Assembly (NCBI RefSeq): GCF_006345805.1
Contig: NC_043008.1
Location: 79,236,001 to 79,299,924, forward strand
Origin: Octopus sinensis
Taxonomy: Eukaryota
Length of the DNA: 63,924 bases
Reading direction: 5' to 3'
Made by a program: the position numbers and the translations under genes. Position 1 is the first letter of the stretch, and every line of letters starts with the position of its first letter. Below, piece by piece: positions 14,324 through 29,339 of this stretch. The notes under the pieces were generated by a model. It was not told the DNA's origin. It made no database searches and worked only from the letters and a program-made list of their open reading frames with translations.

Positions 14324-14845
14324 TATCTCTATATATATATATGTATATATATATATATCTATATATATATATATATGTAATATATATATATCTATATATA
14401 TATATATTATATATATATTATATATATATATATATCTATATATATATTATATATATATATGTATATATATATGTATATATATATATATCTATATATATGT
14501 ATATATATATACGTATATATATAATATCTATACATATATATATATGTATATATATATGTATATATATATATGTATATATATATGTCATATATATATATGT
14601 ATATATATATGTATATATATATGTACATATATATATATGTACATATATATATATGTATATATATATATGTATATGTATATATAATATATATCTATATATA
14701 TATAATATATATATATATATGTATTATATATATATATATGTAATATATATATATGTATGTATATATATATGTATAATATATATATATATATATATATAAT
14801 ATATATATATTATATAATATATGTACATATATATATATAATAATA
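13548..14845. repeat. Long (TA)n microsatellite
   Basis: Direct low-complexity sequence. Confidence 0.97.
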
Positions 14846-14889
14846 ATTAAAAGTAATCAACAAACGAACGAACAAAATAAAATTTAATG

Positions 14890-16655
14890 AAACATATCAA
14901 CCAGAATGGCTAGCCACCAAAAATCCTGATATGACTGATCTGGGCTGTATCAGTGATGTTACTCCCCAATACACTTTATCGGACATAACATTTGGCGCTC
15001 CTGATGTCTTAGCAGCAATAAAGGAAATGAAGCATAATTCAGCAGTAGGTCCCGATAGGTTCCCTGCTTGTGTCTTGAAGATGTGTCAAAACCAACTTGC
15101 ACCCCCTCTAGCCAATCTGTGGCGGAACTCATTGGATGCTGGATATATACCAGAAGACCTTCTATCCCAGTCTGTTGTCCAGTTTTCAAAAAGGAACAAA
15201 TCGCTTGGCGTGAATTACCGTCCAATCTCACTCACCTCTCATATCATCAGGTATTTGAGAGGGTGCTGAGATCGCGTATGACTCACTTCCTTGAGAGTCA
15301 TAATATGCTGAACCCCAACCAGCATGGATTCCGTAATGGGAGAGATTGCCTGACGCAGCTACTGCATCATTTTGATGACATTTTGAGAGCCTTGGGAGAG
15401 GGTTCCAACACTGATGTCATCTACCTTGATTTCAGCAAGGCCTTTGACAGGGTTGATCATAAGATCCTTCTGAGAAAGCTGTCCAATATTGGTGTCACTG
15501 GAAAGCTGCTGCAATGGATCAAGTGCTTCCTCTCTAACAGAACCCAACATGTTGTAGTCGAAGGAGTCAAATCCAGCCCAGCCAAGTCAGCAGTGGTGTC
15601 CCACAAGGCACTGTGTTGGGCCCACTTCTCTTCATCATCTACATAATGATATTACTGACACCATCAAACACAGCAACATCAGAACCTTCGCTGATGATTC
15701 CAAGCTCCAGAAGGTCATCAATGGCGTGGATGACCGAATAAACCTTCAGTCAGACCTACTGGCTGTTGTCCAATGGGCGGAAAAGAATAACATGTTGCTA
15801 AATGAAGACAAATTCGAACTGATCCACTTTGGAAGGGAGGACGCTCTGAAACTCCATACTCTCTTCCTTCTGGAGAAATTCTCATGGCATCCAACAACAT
15901 CAGAGACCTGGGAGTAACAGTGGACAACAACATAAGCTGGGCTACACATATAAGCAGCAAAGTTGACATGGCCCGCAGAATGTGTTCCTGGATTCTCAGA
16001 ACCTTTCAGTCGAGAGATTCCCACGCTATTATCCTTCTCTTCTCCACTTTTGCCGACCCCACCTTGAATACTGCTGTCCACTGTGGTCTCCCTACACAAA
16101 ACAAAATATTATGAGAATTGAAGCTCCCCAAAGGTCAATCACAAAAAAGATAGATGGCATGTCAGACCTTGACTACTGGGGTAGACTAGAGAAGCTGAAA
16201 TTGTATTCACTCCATGACGCCGTGAACGCTACATTATCTGTATGATGTGGAAAATATTCCATCAGCACTGTCCGAATGATGTTGGCATCACCTTCAAAAT
16301 GCATCCAAGGCTTGGACCACGTGCCATCCGTCCACAACAAAAATCTAAATCGCATCACATAACGACAATACGGCACAACTATTTCACCTCAATTGGACCC
16401 GCTCTCTTCAACATTACACCAGGACACGTCAAAAAAGAAACTGACCACACAAAATTCAAGAAGTCTTTGGACAAATTCCTTCAAACAGTACCGGACAAAA
16501 CACCCACAACCCGGATATGTCTCCGCAAACAATAACTCTCTGCTCGAATGGGCCTTGGTGCCCAAATCCTGAACTGAAAGACTTCGCCAGTGGTGCTATT
16601 AAGTTAGACATGGCCTGGGCCAATACTGGCCAAAAACCTTTCTAAGTTATTCTAA
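14890..16655 (+). mobile_element. CR1/L2-group LINE, 5'-truncated, third subfamily
   Basis: SAVGPDRFP, NYRPISLTS, NQHGFRNGRDC, YLDFSKAFDRVDH, FADD, HLEYCCPLWSP. (CTAAGTTATT)-like tail. Confidence 0.88.
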
Positions 16656-16869
16656 GTTATGTATGTATATATATATGTACATATATATATATGTATGTAT
16701 ATATATATATATGTATGTATATATATATGTATATATATATATATATGTACATATATATATATAATGTACATAATATATATATGTACATATATATATATGT
16801 ATGTATATATATATATATGTATGTATATATATATATGTACATATCTATATATGTAATATATAATATATG

Positions 16870-16901
<32 letters not shown>

Positions 16902-17263
16902 TTATATGTACATATATATATATATGTATATATATATATATGTACATATATATATATATATGTATATATATATGTATATATATATGTATATATCTATATA
17001 TGTATATATATATGTAATATATATATGTATATATATATATATGTATATATATATGTTATATATATATTATATATATATGTATATATATATGTGTATATAT
17101 ATGTGTATATATATATGTATATATATATATGTGTAATATATGTGTATATATATATGTATATATATATAGAGGGTAGCAACAAGGGCGGTGCCCCCGCATG
17201 GCCTCAGCCGGATGGCTGAAACAAGTAAAAGAGTATATATATAATGTATATTATATATATATG

Positions 17264-17294
<31 letters not shown>

Positions 17295-17299
17295 GTATG

Positions 17300-17330
<31 letters not shown>

Positions 17331-17760
17331 GTATATATATATATGTATGTATATATATATGTATGTATATATATATATATGTATATATATACATATGTAT
17401 GTATATACATATGTATGTATATACATATGTATGTATATACATATGTATGTATATACATATGTATGTATATACATATGTATGTATATACATATGTATGTAT
17501 ATACATATGTATGTATATATATACATATGTATGTATATACATATGTATGTATATACATATGTATGTATATATATACATATGTATGTATATACATATGTAT
17601 GTATATATATACATATGTATGTATATACATATGTATGTATATACATATGTATGTATATACATATGTATGTATATATATACATATGTACGTATATACATAT
17701 GTATGTATATATATACATATGTATGTATATATATACATATGTATGTATATACATATGTAT
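16656..17760. repeat. Microsatellite containing a ~60-bp LINE 3'-end stub (17170-17232)
   Basis: Stub nearly identical to 12639-12705. Confidence 0.9.
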
Positions 17761-18155
17761 TACTCTCTCTCTTTTACTCTTTTACTTGTTTCAGTCATTT
17801 GACTGCGGCCATGCTGGAGCACCGCCTTTAGTCGAGCAAATCGACCCCGGGACTTATTCTTTGTAAGCCCAGTACTTATTCTACCGGTCTCTTTTGCCGA
17901 ACCGCTAAGTGACGGAGATGCTAGGGGGACAAACACAGACACACAAACATATACACACACATACACATATATATATATATACATATATACGAGAGGCTTC
18001 TTTCAGTTTCCGTCTACCAAATCCACTCACAAGGCTTTGGTCGGCCCGGGGCTATAGCAGAAGACACTTGCCCAAGATGCCACGCAGTGGGACTGAACCC
18101 GGAACCATGTGGTTGGTTAGCAAGCTACTTACCACACAGCCACTCCTGCGCCTAT
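17761..18155 (-). mobile_element. tRNA-derived SINE, near-identical to 13148-13547
   Basis: Direct sequence identity including A/B boxes and tail. Confidence 0.88.
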
Positions 18156-18404
18156 ATGTATATACATATGTATATATATACATGTATATACATATGTATA
18201 TATATACATATGTATATATATACATATGTATATATATACATGTATATACATATGTATATATATACATATGTATACATATATATATGTATATATATATATA
18301 TATATGTATATACATATGTATATATGTATATACATATGTATATATGTATATACATATGTATATATACACATATGTATACATATACATATGCATATATATA
18401 TATG

Positions 18405-18437
<33 letters not shown>

Positions 18438-18625
18438 GTATATATATTAATGTATATATATATATATGTATATATATATATGTATATCTATTTATATATA
18501 TATATGTATATATATGTATGTATATATATATGTATATATATGTATGTTATATATATGTATATATATATATGTATATATATATATATGTATGTATATATAT
18601 ATATGTATGTATATATATATATATG

Positions 18626-18673
<48 letters not shown>

Positions 18674-19026
18674 ATTATATATATATAGTACATAATATAT
18701 ATGTATATATATGTATATATGTATATATATATGTTATATATATGTGTATATATATATATGGATATATAATATATATGTTATATATATGTATATTATATAT
18801 ATCTAATAATATATATGTATATATATATATGTATATATATATATATTATGTATATATATACTATATATATATATATATATACATATATATATAATGTATT
18901 ATATTATATGTATATATATATATGTATATATATATGTACATATATAATATGTACATATATATATGTATATATATATATGTATATATATATGTTACATATA
19001 TATATATGTATATATATATATGTTAT

Positions 19027-19070
<44 letters not shown>

Positions 19071-19225
19071 ATGTATATATTATATATGTATATATATAAT
19101 ATATATGTATGTATATATGTATATATATTGTATGTATATATTATATATATATATATATGTATGTATATATATATGTATATATAATGTATATATATATATA
19201 TATATATAATATATATATGTATATA
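18156..19225. repeat. Long (TA)n microsatellite
   Basis: Direct low-complexity sequence. Confidence 0.97.
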
Positions 19226-20590
19226 TGTATTTCCTTTGCTTCCTTTTCTTTTCTTTCCCTCTTCTCTGTCACGTGACTGTTGGCCGAATCTGCCTTTCAG
19301 CTCCTGACCCTCGTCGTGTTACATCGTTGTTTTTCGTCCGCCGCTATAAAGGCTTTTTCCAATGCGCCAGAGAAAAAAGTTGTTTGCTTGTTATCAGTCG
19401 TAAGACACTTGTTGTTTTCACCGTTAATTTCTGTATTTCATGTCTCTGTATTCCATTATTGTTTTTTGTTTTTTTTATATCTGTCCCTTTTGCTGTCCTG
19501 GTGTTCGTATGCTTCGTCCTTCTTCCAGGAAATCTACGCTTCCAGCTTAGTTTTTCTAATGCTCGTTGCTTAGTTTTTCTTGGAGGGCTGGCCGTGATCT
19601 AGTAATCTCAAGATTAATCAGCCGAAATTACTACGATGATCCGGTTCTAGACTGAAGACTGAGGGGTTCGAATGTCCTGTCCATGTTTATTGTATCGTCT
19701 TCTAAGAGTTATACTTCTTGTCCATGTTGTATTTTTCTACATACCTTAACATATATTCCAGGCGCCCCGTACCCCCCTTATCATTAATGTGAACACATAT
19801 TCTTAATAATTGGTACGACTCTCTGTTTGTCTCTCTCTCTCTCTCATTTTTACTTGATCTGTCCCCCTCTCTCTCTCTTTTCTCTCTATTCATCTTCTCT
19901 TTCCTCTGATCCTTTGGTCTAGTCTTCCACTACCCTCCTATTTCTTTGTCTCGCTCTGCACTCACAGGTCATTCTTCGACACCCATCCTTCTCCTCTCTG
20001 ATTCCTCTTTTCTCTCTCTTCTCTCTCTTTGTTGCGTTTTGTCCCCCTTCTCTCTCTCTCTTCCTTTGCTTCTCTTTCTTTTCTTTTCCCTCTTCTCTGT
20101 CACGTGACTGTTGGCCGAAATCTGCCTTTCAGCTCCTGACCCTCGTCGTGTTAACATCGTTGTTTTTCGTCCGCCGCTATAAAGGCTTTTTCCAATGCGC
20201 CAGAGAAAAAATTTGTTTGCTTGTTATCAGTCGTAAGACACTTGTTGTTTTCACCGTTAATGCTTCTGTATTTCATGTCTCTGTATTCCATTATTGTTTT
20301 TTGTTTTTTTTTATATCTGTCCCTTTTGCTGTCCTGGTGTTCGTATGCATTCGATCCTTCTTCCAGGAAATCTACGCTTCCAGCTTAGTTTTTCTAATGC
20401 TCGTTGCTTAGTTTTTCTTGGAGGGCTGGCCGTGATCTAGTAATCTCAAGATTAATCAGCCGAAATTACTACGGTGATCCGGTTCTTGACTGAAGACTGA
20501 GGGGTTCGAATGTCCTGTCCATGTTTATTGTATCGTCTTCTAAGAGTTATACGTTCTTGTCCATGTTGTATTTTTCTACATACCTTAATA
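19226..20590. repeat. Unclassified repeat present as two direct copies (~19226-19790 and ~20060-20590) separated by CT-rich DNA
   Basis: Shared TCACGTGACTGTTGGCCGAA...CATACCTTAA block, period about 840 bp. Confidence 0.8.
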
Positions 20591-22182
<1,592 letters not shown>

Positions 22183-22183
<1 letters not shown>

Positions 22184-23474
22184 GAGGGATGTTCAATAAG
22201 TAATGCCTATGACCCACTTGCAGTTGTTTGATCTAGCTGAAATTTTGTCTGTGCAATTATTTCTATCTCTATAGATTAAGTGGCAAATTACAGCTCTGAA
22301 ATAATTGTGGTTTCTGATTTACAGGTGTTTGAACTGAGTCAAGTGTGAAATGGAGCCTGTTGAGTGTCGAGCAGTGATCCGGTTTTTGTATTTGAAAGGA
22401 CACACACCACGGGAGGCATTTGATGAAATGAAAGTAACTTATGGTGATGATGCCCTATCATATGACCTTGTAAAACCCTGGCATCGTGAATTCAAACATG
22501 GTCAGAACTCTGTGGAAACAGCTCCCAGATCTGGTCGCCCCCCTTCTGCCATTGATGAGGCATCTGTCCGTCAAGTTGAGGCTGCCATTTTGGAAGATCG
22601 ACGCATAACAATTCGCCAAATAGCCCATCAGGTCAAGATTAGTATCGGGTCTGTGGAAACTATCATTCATGACCATTTGCATATGCAAAAGGTGTCTGCC
22701 AGATTGATTCCCAGTTTGCTCACGCCTTTCCAGAAGCAAGAACGCGTCGAGTGCTCGAGGATGAATTTGGAGATGTGCCAAGAAGATGAGTCAAAATTTT
22801 TTAAAAGATTGATTACACAGGATGAAACCTGGGTCCATCACTATGATCCAGAGACCAAAGCCCAGTCAATGCAGTGGAAGCACCGTGACTCACCTCCTCC
22901 AAAGAAGGCAAGGGTGCAGCCCTTCGCTGGCAAGATCATGCTCACAGTCATCTGGGACCAGGACGGAGTAGTGATGACAGATTTCCCGGCAAAGGGTACC
23001 ATAATTACAGGAGCCTATTATGCTTCACTTTTGAGGAAATTAAGAGAAGCTATCAAAATCAAGAGGCGGGGCAAGATCAGAAAAGGCATCCTCCTCCTGC
23101 AGGACAACGCTCCGGTCCACAACTCACGTGTCGCCAGATCAGAAGCACAGGCTTGCAGCTATGAACTCCTCCCCATCCCCCCTACTCTCCTGACCTTGAA
23201 CCCTCTGATTTTCACCTCTTCCCAGCCATCAAGTTGTTTTTGAAAGGAAAGCGTTTCACAGATGATGCAGCCTTCATTTCTGAAGTCACGTCGTTGTTGG
23301 AGGACCAAGCTGGGGTCTTCTACAAAAACGGTCTCCAGAGCTGCATCAAACAATGGGAGAAATGCGTAACTCTGGGTGATTCCTATGTAGAAAAATACTA
23401 ATAACTCTGCTAAGTTTCGTTGCTCTACTGCAATGGGAAGTGGGTCAGGGGCATTACTTATTGAACGCCCCTCG
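22183..23474 (+). mobile_element. Full-length mariner (DD34D) DNA transposon
   Basis: TIRs CGAGGGATGTTCAATAAGTAATGCC / GGCATTACTTATTGAACGCCCCTCG, TA on both sides, 1292 bp. Confidence 0.95.
22350..23401 (+). pseudogene. Mariner transposase with a single frameshift in a C-run near 23175
   Basis: ITQDETWVHHYDPE, LLQDNAPVH. HPPYSPDL..SDFHLF is restored by adding 1 nt. Ends YVEKY-stop. Confidence 0.9.
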
Positions 23475-23479
23475 TATAT

Positions 23480-23665
23480 AGGTGGCACGTAAAAAGCACC
23501 CACTACACTCACGGAGTGGTTGGCGTTAGGAAGGGCATCCAGCCGTAGAAACACTGCCAGATCTGACTGGGCCTGATGAAGCCTTCCAGCTTCACAGACC
23601 CCAGTTGAACCGTCCAACCCATGCTAGCATGGAGAACGGACGCTAAATGATGATGATGATGATAT
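23480..23665 (+). mobile_element. RTE-associated SINE-like repeat, 3' part with (GAT)n tail
   Basis: GGTTGGCGTTAGGAAGGGCATCCAGC...CATGCTAGCATGG...GATGATGAT. Confidence 0.75.
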
Positions 23666-23669
23666 GTAC

Positions 23670-24540
23670 ATATATATATGGATCTCATCCATAATGTGAA
23701 AGTGACACCGACAGTACTCTCGGATCACAACATGGTAGAGCTGACCATGTACGGGCCAAAGGAAAGCATGGACATGCAGCCTACAAGAAACCCTCAGAAT
23801 CTTTCCAGCTTGAACTTCCATAAGGCAAACTGGAAACAAATTGAGAAAGAGATCCTAAAACAAAACTGGCCTGAATGTCTCTCCTTGCCAGACATCGACG
23901 TGAAACTTCAACAATTCATGTCTGTAATGCAAGCCATATGCTACAAATGTGTCCCAGAGAGAAAGGGACATCCTCATCAAGAAATTTGATGAGAGGGAGG
24001 AGGAGCTACAGACGTCGGACATAGAAGGTAGCTGGAAATTCCTACGGGACAGCTTGCTGAGTGCCACAGACAAAGTCTGTGGATGGTACATAGTTCCTTC
24101 CAGACCTAGAGTTTTATTTTGATGAGAGGGAGGAGGAGCTACAGACGTCGGACATAGAAGGTAGCTGGAAATTCCTACGGGACAGCTTGAGACGTCGGAC
24201 AAGAACAAAATCCCCGGCGTACAATAATTTCAAATCGCCTAAACAAACAAATTGAAAGCAGTGAAAAGTCCCGCCTGAAAATAAAACTCTAGGTCTGGAA
24301 GGAACTATGTACCATCCACAGACTTTGTCTGTGGCACTCAGCAAGCTGTCCCGTAGGAATTTCCAGCTACCTTCTATGTCCGACGTCTGTAGCTCCTCCT
24401 CCCTCTCATCAAATTTCTTGATGAGGATGTCCCTAAATCTCTGACCATGTGAAGGGTTCTTTAGCTTCCAAATCCTTCTTTTCTGGATTGGCCTGTTTCT
24501 TGGAGTCCTTCTGGCCTCAAGCCTAAAGTCACTTTCCCGC
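23670..24540. mobile_element. Mosaic of CR1-group LINE pieces (+) and RTE pieces in both orientations
   Basis: SDHNMVEL...CVPERK matches the LINE at 57000-57730. RTE segment FDEREEELQTSDIEGSWKFLRD occurs forward at 23975 and 24120 and inverted at 24290-24540. Confidence 0.75.
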
Positions 24541-27500
24541 CCTCCCACCCCTCCACCGTTACAGGAAGCCTAAAATTCTCTCATTGTTGTCTCTGATGTA
24601 CACTTTAAGTTTTACGCTGCCTCCCACCGCTACAGGAAGTCCACAATTTTCTCATCCTTGTTGTCTCTCATGTACACTTCGCATCCCTGTTGTCTCCCAT
24701 GCCCACTTCAAAGTCTTACGCCACCTGCTCCTTCCATAAAAGGTAGTGGTCATTCATTGCAAGATATATTGGTAACGTACGCGGTTTGAACTTAGGTTTA
24801 ATTGTCTGTGTATGAATACTGCCAAATGCGAGTTTTCTTTTCAGGTTCATGATGCTACTAGGTCCAATGCCTCCCACTCCCTCAGGATTGGCACCCTCAA
24901 CGTTGGCACACTGAAAGGCAGATCTGGTGAGATCGTTGAATTGCTTGAACGGAGGTGTGTGGATATATGCTGTATTCAAGAGGTGAGGTGGAGAGGAGGT
25001 TCTGCTAGGTTCCTCACAGGTAAAGGACAGAGGTACAAGATTTTCTGGGCTGGGAATACTGAAGGGTTCGGGGGAGTGGGTATGCTTATTGCCGAAAAAT
25101 GGGTTGGTAAGGTAATCGAGGTAGTCAGAGTATGTGACAGAATACTGAAGATTAGTTTAGTGCTCCATCATAGTTTAGCAACTATTATATCGGCCTATGC
25201 CCCTCAGCCAGGGATGCCCGATGGACAGAAATACTGTTTCTATGACACCCTACTGCAGACCACCTCATTGACGAACGACAGGGACCTTCTCTTTGTGGCT
25301 GGTGACTTCAATGGGCATGTTGGACGATATGCTGAGGGCTTCTATGGCGTTCATGGAGGCTATGGTTATGGTTCTCGCAATGAGGAGGGAACCAGGCTGC
25401 TGGAGTTCTGTGATGCGAATAGTCTTATGGTTTGCAACACTAACTTCAGGAAACCGACAAGCCACTTGGTCACCTACCGTTCGGGCCAGCATACTAGCCA
25501 AATCGATTACATCCTTACCAGAAAAAGGGAAAGATGGCTGCTTATAAATACCAAAACCTTCCCAGGCGAAGAATGTACCCCACAACATAGACTGGTAGTC
25601 AGTGACTTTAGAATCAGGACTAAGAGGATGACTAGAAGACGACCAACATGGAGAAGAAGGGTCTGGAAGCTTAAAGACCCTGCAAATGGACAGAGATTTA
25701 GAGATATGTTACTTGAAGCCTTCGACGAAATAGAAGGGGGTATAGCTACACATGGGGTAGAAGATATCTGGGCACTTCTAAGGGACAACCTGCTGAAAGC
25801 CACAGACCAGATCTGTGGCTGGTGCAAAGTCCCCACAAGACCCAAAATAACATGGTGGTGGAACAATACTGTTGACAGGGCTATTAGACAAAAGAAACAG
25901 GCTTGGAAGGACTGGAAGAACGGTGGTAGCAGGGAAGTGTATCAGACTGCAAGAAGGGAGGCTAGGAGGCAGGTGTATTTAGCCAGAGGGGAAGCAGATA
26001 AGAAAAAATTTGCCAATGTCCTGCGCCGTGAAGATGAAAGATTTGAGGTATTTCGTGTTGCAAGACAGTGTGTGAGAGAGAATCGTGACGTGGTAGGTGA
26101 GAAATGTGTTCGCAAGGATGACGGCTCACTTGCGCTAAATGAGGATGCAAAGAGAGAGGTTTGGAGACGCCACTATGAAAGGTTGCTGAATGAGGAAGAT
26201 GAATGGGATAAAGAGAGTCTGCCGAATGTTGACCCAACAGAGGGACCAGCTATCCGAGTTGACAGTTCCTTAGTAGATAAGGCAATTAGAAGCATAAAAA
26301 CAGGGAAAGCCCCAGGCCCATCAGGAATTACTGCAGAGATGCTCAAAATATCTGGTAGTGCTGGCTATAGCCTAGTCACCCGTATAATTAACCAGGTGAT
26401 ACACGAAGGAGTCATTCCCAATGACTGGTGTAGCAGCATAATAGTCAACTGCTACAAAGGTAAAGGTGACGCCCTAGATACAAATAACTACAGGGGTATC
26501 AAGCTGCTAGATCAGGTAATGAAGGTTACGGAGAGGGTTATAGCCCAACAAATTAGAGAGAGAGTTAGCTTAGATCAGATGCAGTTTGGGTTCATGCCAG
26601 GGAAAAGTACTACTGATGCTATTTTCCTGGTAAGACAGCTGCAGGAGAAACACCTAGCCAAAGACAAGCCCCTATACCTGGCTTTTGTCGATATGGAGAA
26701 AGCCTTCGACAGGGTCCCCCGATCCCTTATCTGGTGGTCAATGAGGAAACTAGGGATAGATGCATGGTTAGTGAGAGCTGTACAAGCCATGTACAGAGAC
26801 GCTGCTAGTAAGGTGAGGGTTGGCACCGAGTACAGTGAAGAATTCAGGGTAGAGGTTGGGGTCCACCAAGGCTCAGTCCTCAGTCCCCTCCTATTTATCA
26901 TAGTCCTCCAGGCAATAACGGAGGAATTCAAGACAGGATGCCCCTGGGAGCTCCTCTATGCTGATGACCTTGCTCTAATTGCTGAGTCACTATCAGAACT
27001 GGAGGAGAAGTTTCAGGTGTGGAAGCAAGGTTTAGAATCGAAGGGCCTTAAAATCAACCTAGCCAAAACCAAAGTCCTAATAAGTAGGAAGGTAGACCAA
27101 TCACAAACGCCTTCAGGTAGATGGCCTTGCTCGATCTGTAGAAAAGGCGTAGGTAGAAACTCTATAAGATGCACCAAGTGTAAGCTATGGACACATAAGA
27201 GATGTAGTAATGTCAAAGGAAGACTAACTAGGAAAATAGTTTTTATCTGTGGCAGATGCTCAGGAGCAATAAACTCTGAAAATATGCAGAGACCAACTTC
27301 TATCACGTTTCAGGGAGAAAAACTAGAAGTAGTTGATAGCTTCCGCTACCTAGGTGACCAAGTCAGTAGCGGGGGTGGGTGTGCTGAAAGTGTAACTGCT
27401 AGAGTAAGAATAGCCTGGGCAAAGTTTAGAGAGCTCTTACCCCTGCTGGTGACAAAAGGCCTTCGCTCAAAGTAAAAGGCAGACTGTATGATGCATGTGT

Positions 27501-27945
27501 ACGTACAGCCATGCTACATGGTAGTGAAACTTGGGCTGTGACTGCTGAGGATTTGCGTAAGCTCGCAAGAAATGAAGCCAGTATGCTCCGTTGGATGTGT
27601 AATGTCAGTGTTCATAGTCGACAGAGTGTAAGTACCTTGAGAGAAAAGTTGGGCCTAAGAAGCATCAGATGTTGTGTGCAAGAGAGACGATTGCACTGGT
27701 ATGGTCATGTGGCGAGAATGGATGAAGATAGGTGTGTGAAAAAGTGCCACACACTGGCAATTGAGGGGACCTGTGGAAGAGGTAGACCCAGGAAAACCTG
27801 GGTCGAGGTGGTGAAGCACGACTTTCGAACTTTAGGTCTCACCAAGGAAATGACCAGAGACCGAGACCAATGGAAGTATGCTGTGCGTGAGAAGACCCGG
27901 CAAGACCAGTGAGAACAATCAAAATCAAACCAAATCATATATCAG
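24540..27945 (+). mobile_element. RTE-clade LINE, near full-length
   Basis: Single EN-RT ORF, short repetitive 5' region, 3' UTR ending AATCAAAATCAAACCAAATC. Confidence 0.93.
24812..27912 (+). CDS. RTE ORF: APE endonuclease + reverse transcriptase + PHD-type finger, with one frameshift near 27465
   Basis: 887-aa open frame (GTLNVGTL, IQEVRW, GDFNGHVG, QIDYIL, PQHRLV, QFGFMPGKSTTD, FVDMEKAFD, GVHQGSVLSPLLF, LLYADD), then the C-terminal LHGSETW...GRPRKTW in another frame. Confidence 0.9.
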
Positions 27946-27949
27946 AAAG

Positions 27950-28612
27950 TGAAGCATCTGTTTGTGTCCGCTGCCAGCCTCGCCTGGCCCCCATGTCGGT
28001 GACACGTAAAAGCACCATTCATTCGTGGCCGTTTGCCAGCTCTGTCTGGCCCCCGTGTCGGTGGTACGTAAAAGCACCATCCGTTTGTGTCCGTTGCCAG
28101 CCTCGCCTGGCCCCCGTGCCGGTGACACGTAAAAGCACCATCCGTTCGAGGCCGTTTGCCAGCTCTGTCTGGCCCCATGTTGGTGGCACGTAAAAGCACC
28201 ATCCGTTCGTGTCCGTTGCCAGCCTCACCTGGCCCCCGTGCCGGTGACACGTAAAAGCACCATCTGTTCGTGGCCGTTTGCCAGCTCCGTCTGGCCCCGT
28301 GTCGGTGGCACATAAAAGCACCATCCGTTCGTTTCTGTTGCCAGCATCGCCTGGCCCCGTGCCGGTGACACGTAAAAGCACCATCCGTTCGTGGCCGTTT
28401 GCCAGCTCTGTCTGGCATCTGTGCAGGTGGCACGTAAAAAGCACCCACTACACTCACGGAGTGGTTGGCGTTAGGAAGGGCATCCAACCATAGAAACACT
28501 GCCAGATCTGACTGGGCCTGACGAAGCCTTCCAGCTTCACAGACCCCAGTTGAACCGTCCAACCCATGCTAGCATGGAAAGCGGACGCTAAATGATGATG
28601 ATGATGATGATA
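27950..28612 (+). mobile_element. RTE-associated SINE-like repeat preceded by about seven ~62-bp subrepeats
   Basis: Repeated GCCAGC...GTGACACGTAAAAGCACCATCCG, then the conserved body and (GAT)n tail. Confidence 0.75.
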
Positions 28613-28646
<34 letters not shown>

Positions 28647-28647
<1 letters not shown>

Positions 28648-29281
28648 TAGCAGTATCGCCCGGCGTTGCTCGGGTTTGTAAGGGAAATAACTATATAAGC
28701 ATTTTTAGAGAGTTATAGCCAAAAAATAGCAAAAAATGCATTAAAAATGGAAAAAATATCATGGTAAATTTTTTTAAATCGTTGACTCATCGTAGACGTT
28801 TTTAGAGAGTTACTTCCCTTATATAATAGCGAAAAAATGCATTAAAATGGAAAAAAAACGATGGTAAATTTTTTTTTAAATCGTAGACTCATGTAGACGC
28901 TTTCTTAGCCATTTCTGTTTTGGTGTCTTCAAGCCATGAAGTCGTTGTTCTAAAAGAACGCTGGTCTCCTTGACAACGCATTACGACGTTGATTTCCTTA
29001 CACTCCCTCCCCCACAGGTGCAGGTGTGAGCGTGGACGCCAACTCCGCCGCCATCGACACACGAAAAATTAGGCATTAAAATGGAATAAAAAATTATGTT
29101 AAATTATTTTTAAAATCGTAGACTCATCGTAGACGTGCGCTAATACTCAGACGGGCTCGATATGAATCACGACTATAAGCTACCCGAATTTGGTTAAACT
29201 GCACCGCAAAATGTGGGAGTAGTTAGGAATCTAAATCGAAGGGGACAGACACTCACACAACTACAGTTTTATATATATAGA
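28647..29281 (-). mobile_element. Non-autonomous Helitron
   Basis: On minus: starts TCTATATATATAAAA, ends with hairpin CCCG-AGCAACGC-CGGG about 8 nt before CTAG, followed by T. Internal GTAGACTCATCGTAGACG repeats. Confidence 0.85.
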
Positions 29282-29339
29282 CATACATAGTGCAGTAGTG
29301 GTGAGATGTGACAGCAAAGAAAAGCATACATTCACTCTC

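Noticed and set aside
19645-19690. CTGAAGA...GAA possible hammerhead (also at about 20490)
   Set aside because: No stem II or stem I pairing and no GAAA.
23570-23600. CTGATGAAGCC in the RTE-associated SINE, and CTGATGAAGG at 53598
   Set aside because: Not followed by a paired stem II and GAAA.
28080-28140. CCAGCCTCGCCTGG resembling an HDV P3/L3
   Set aside because: I could not build consistent P1, P1.1 and P2 pairings.
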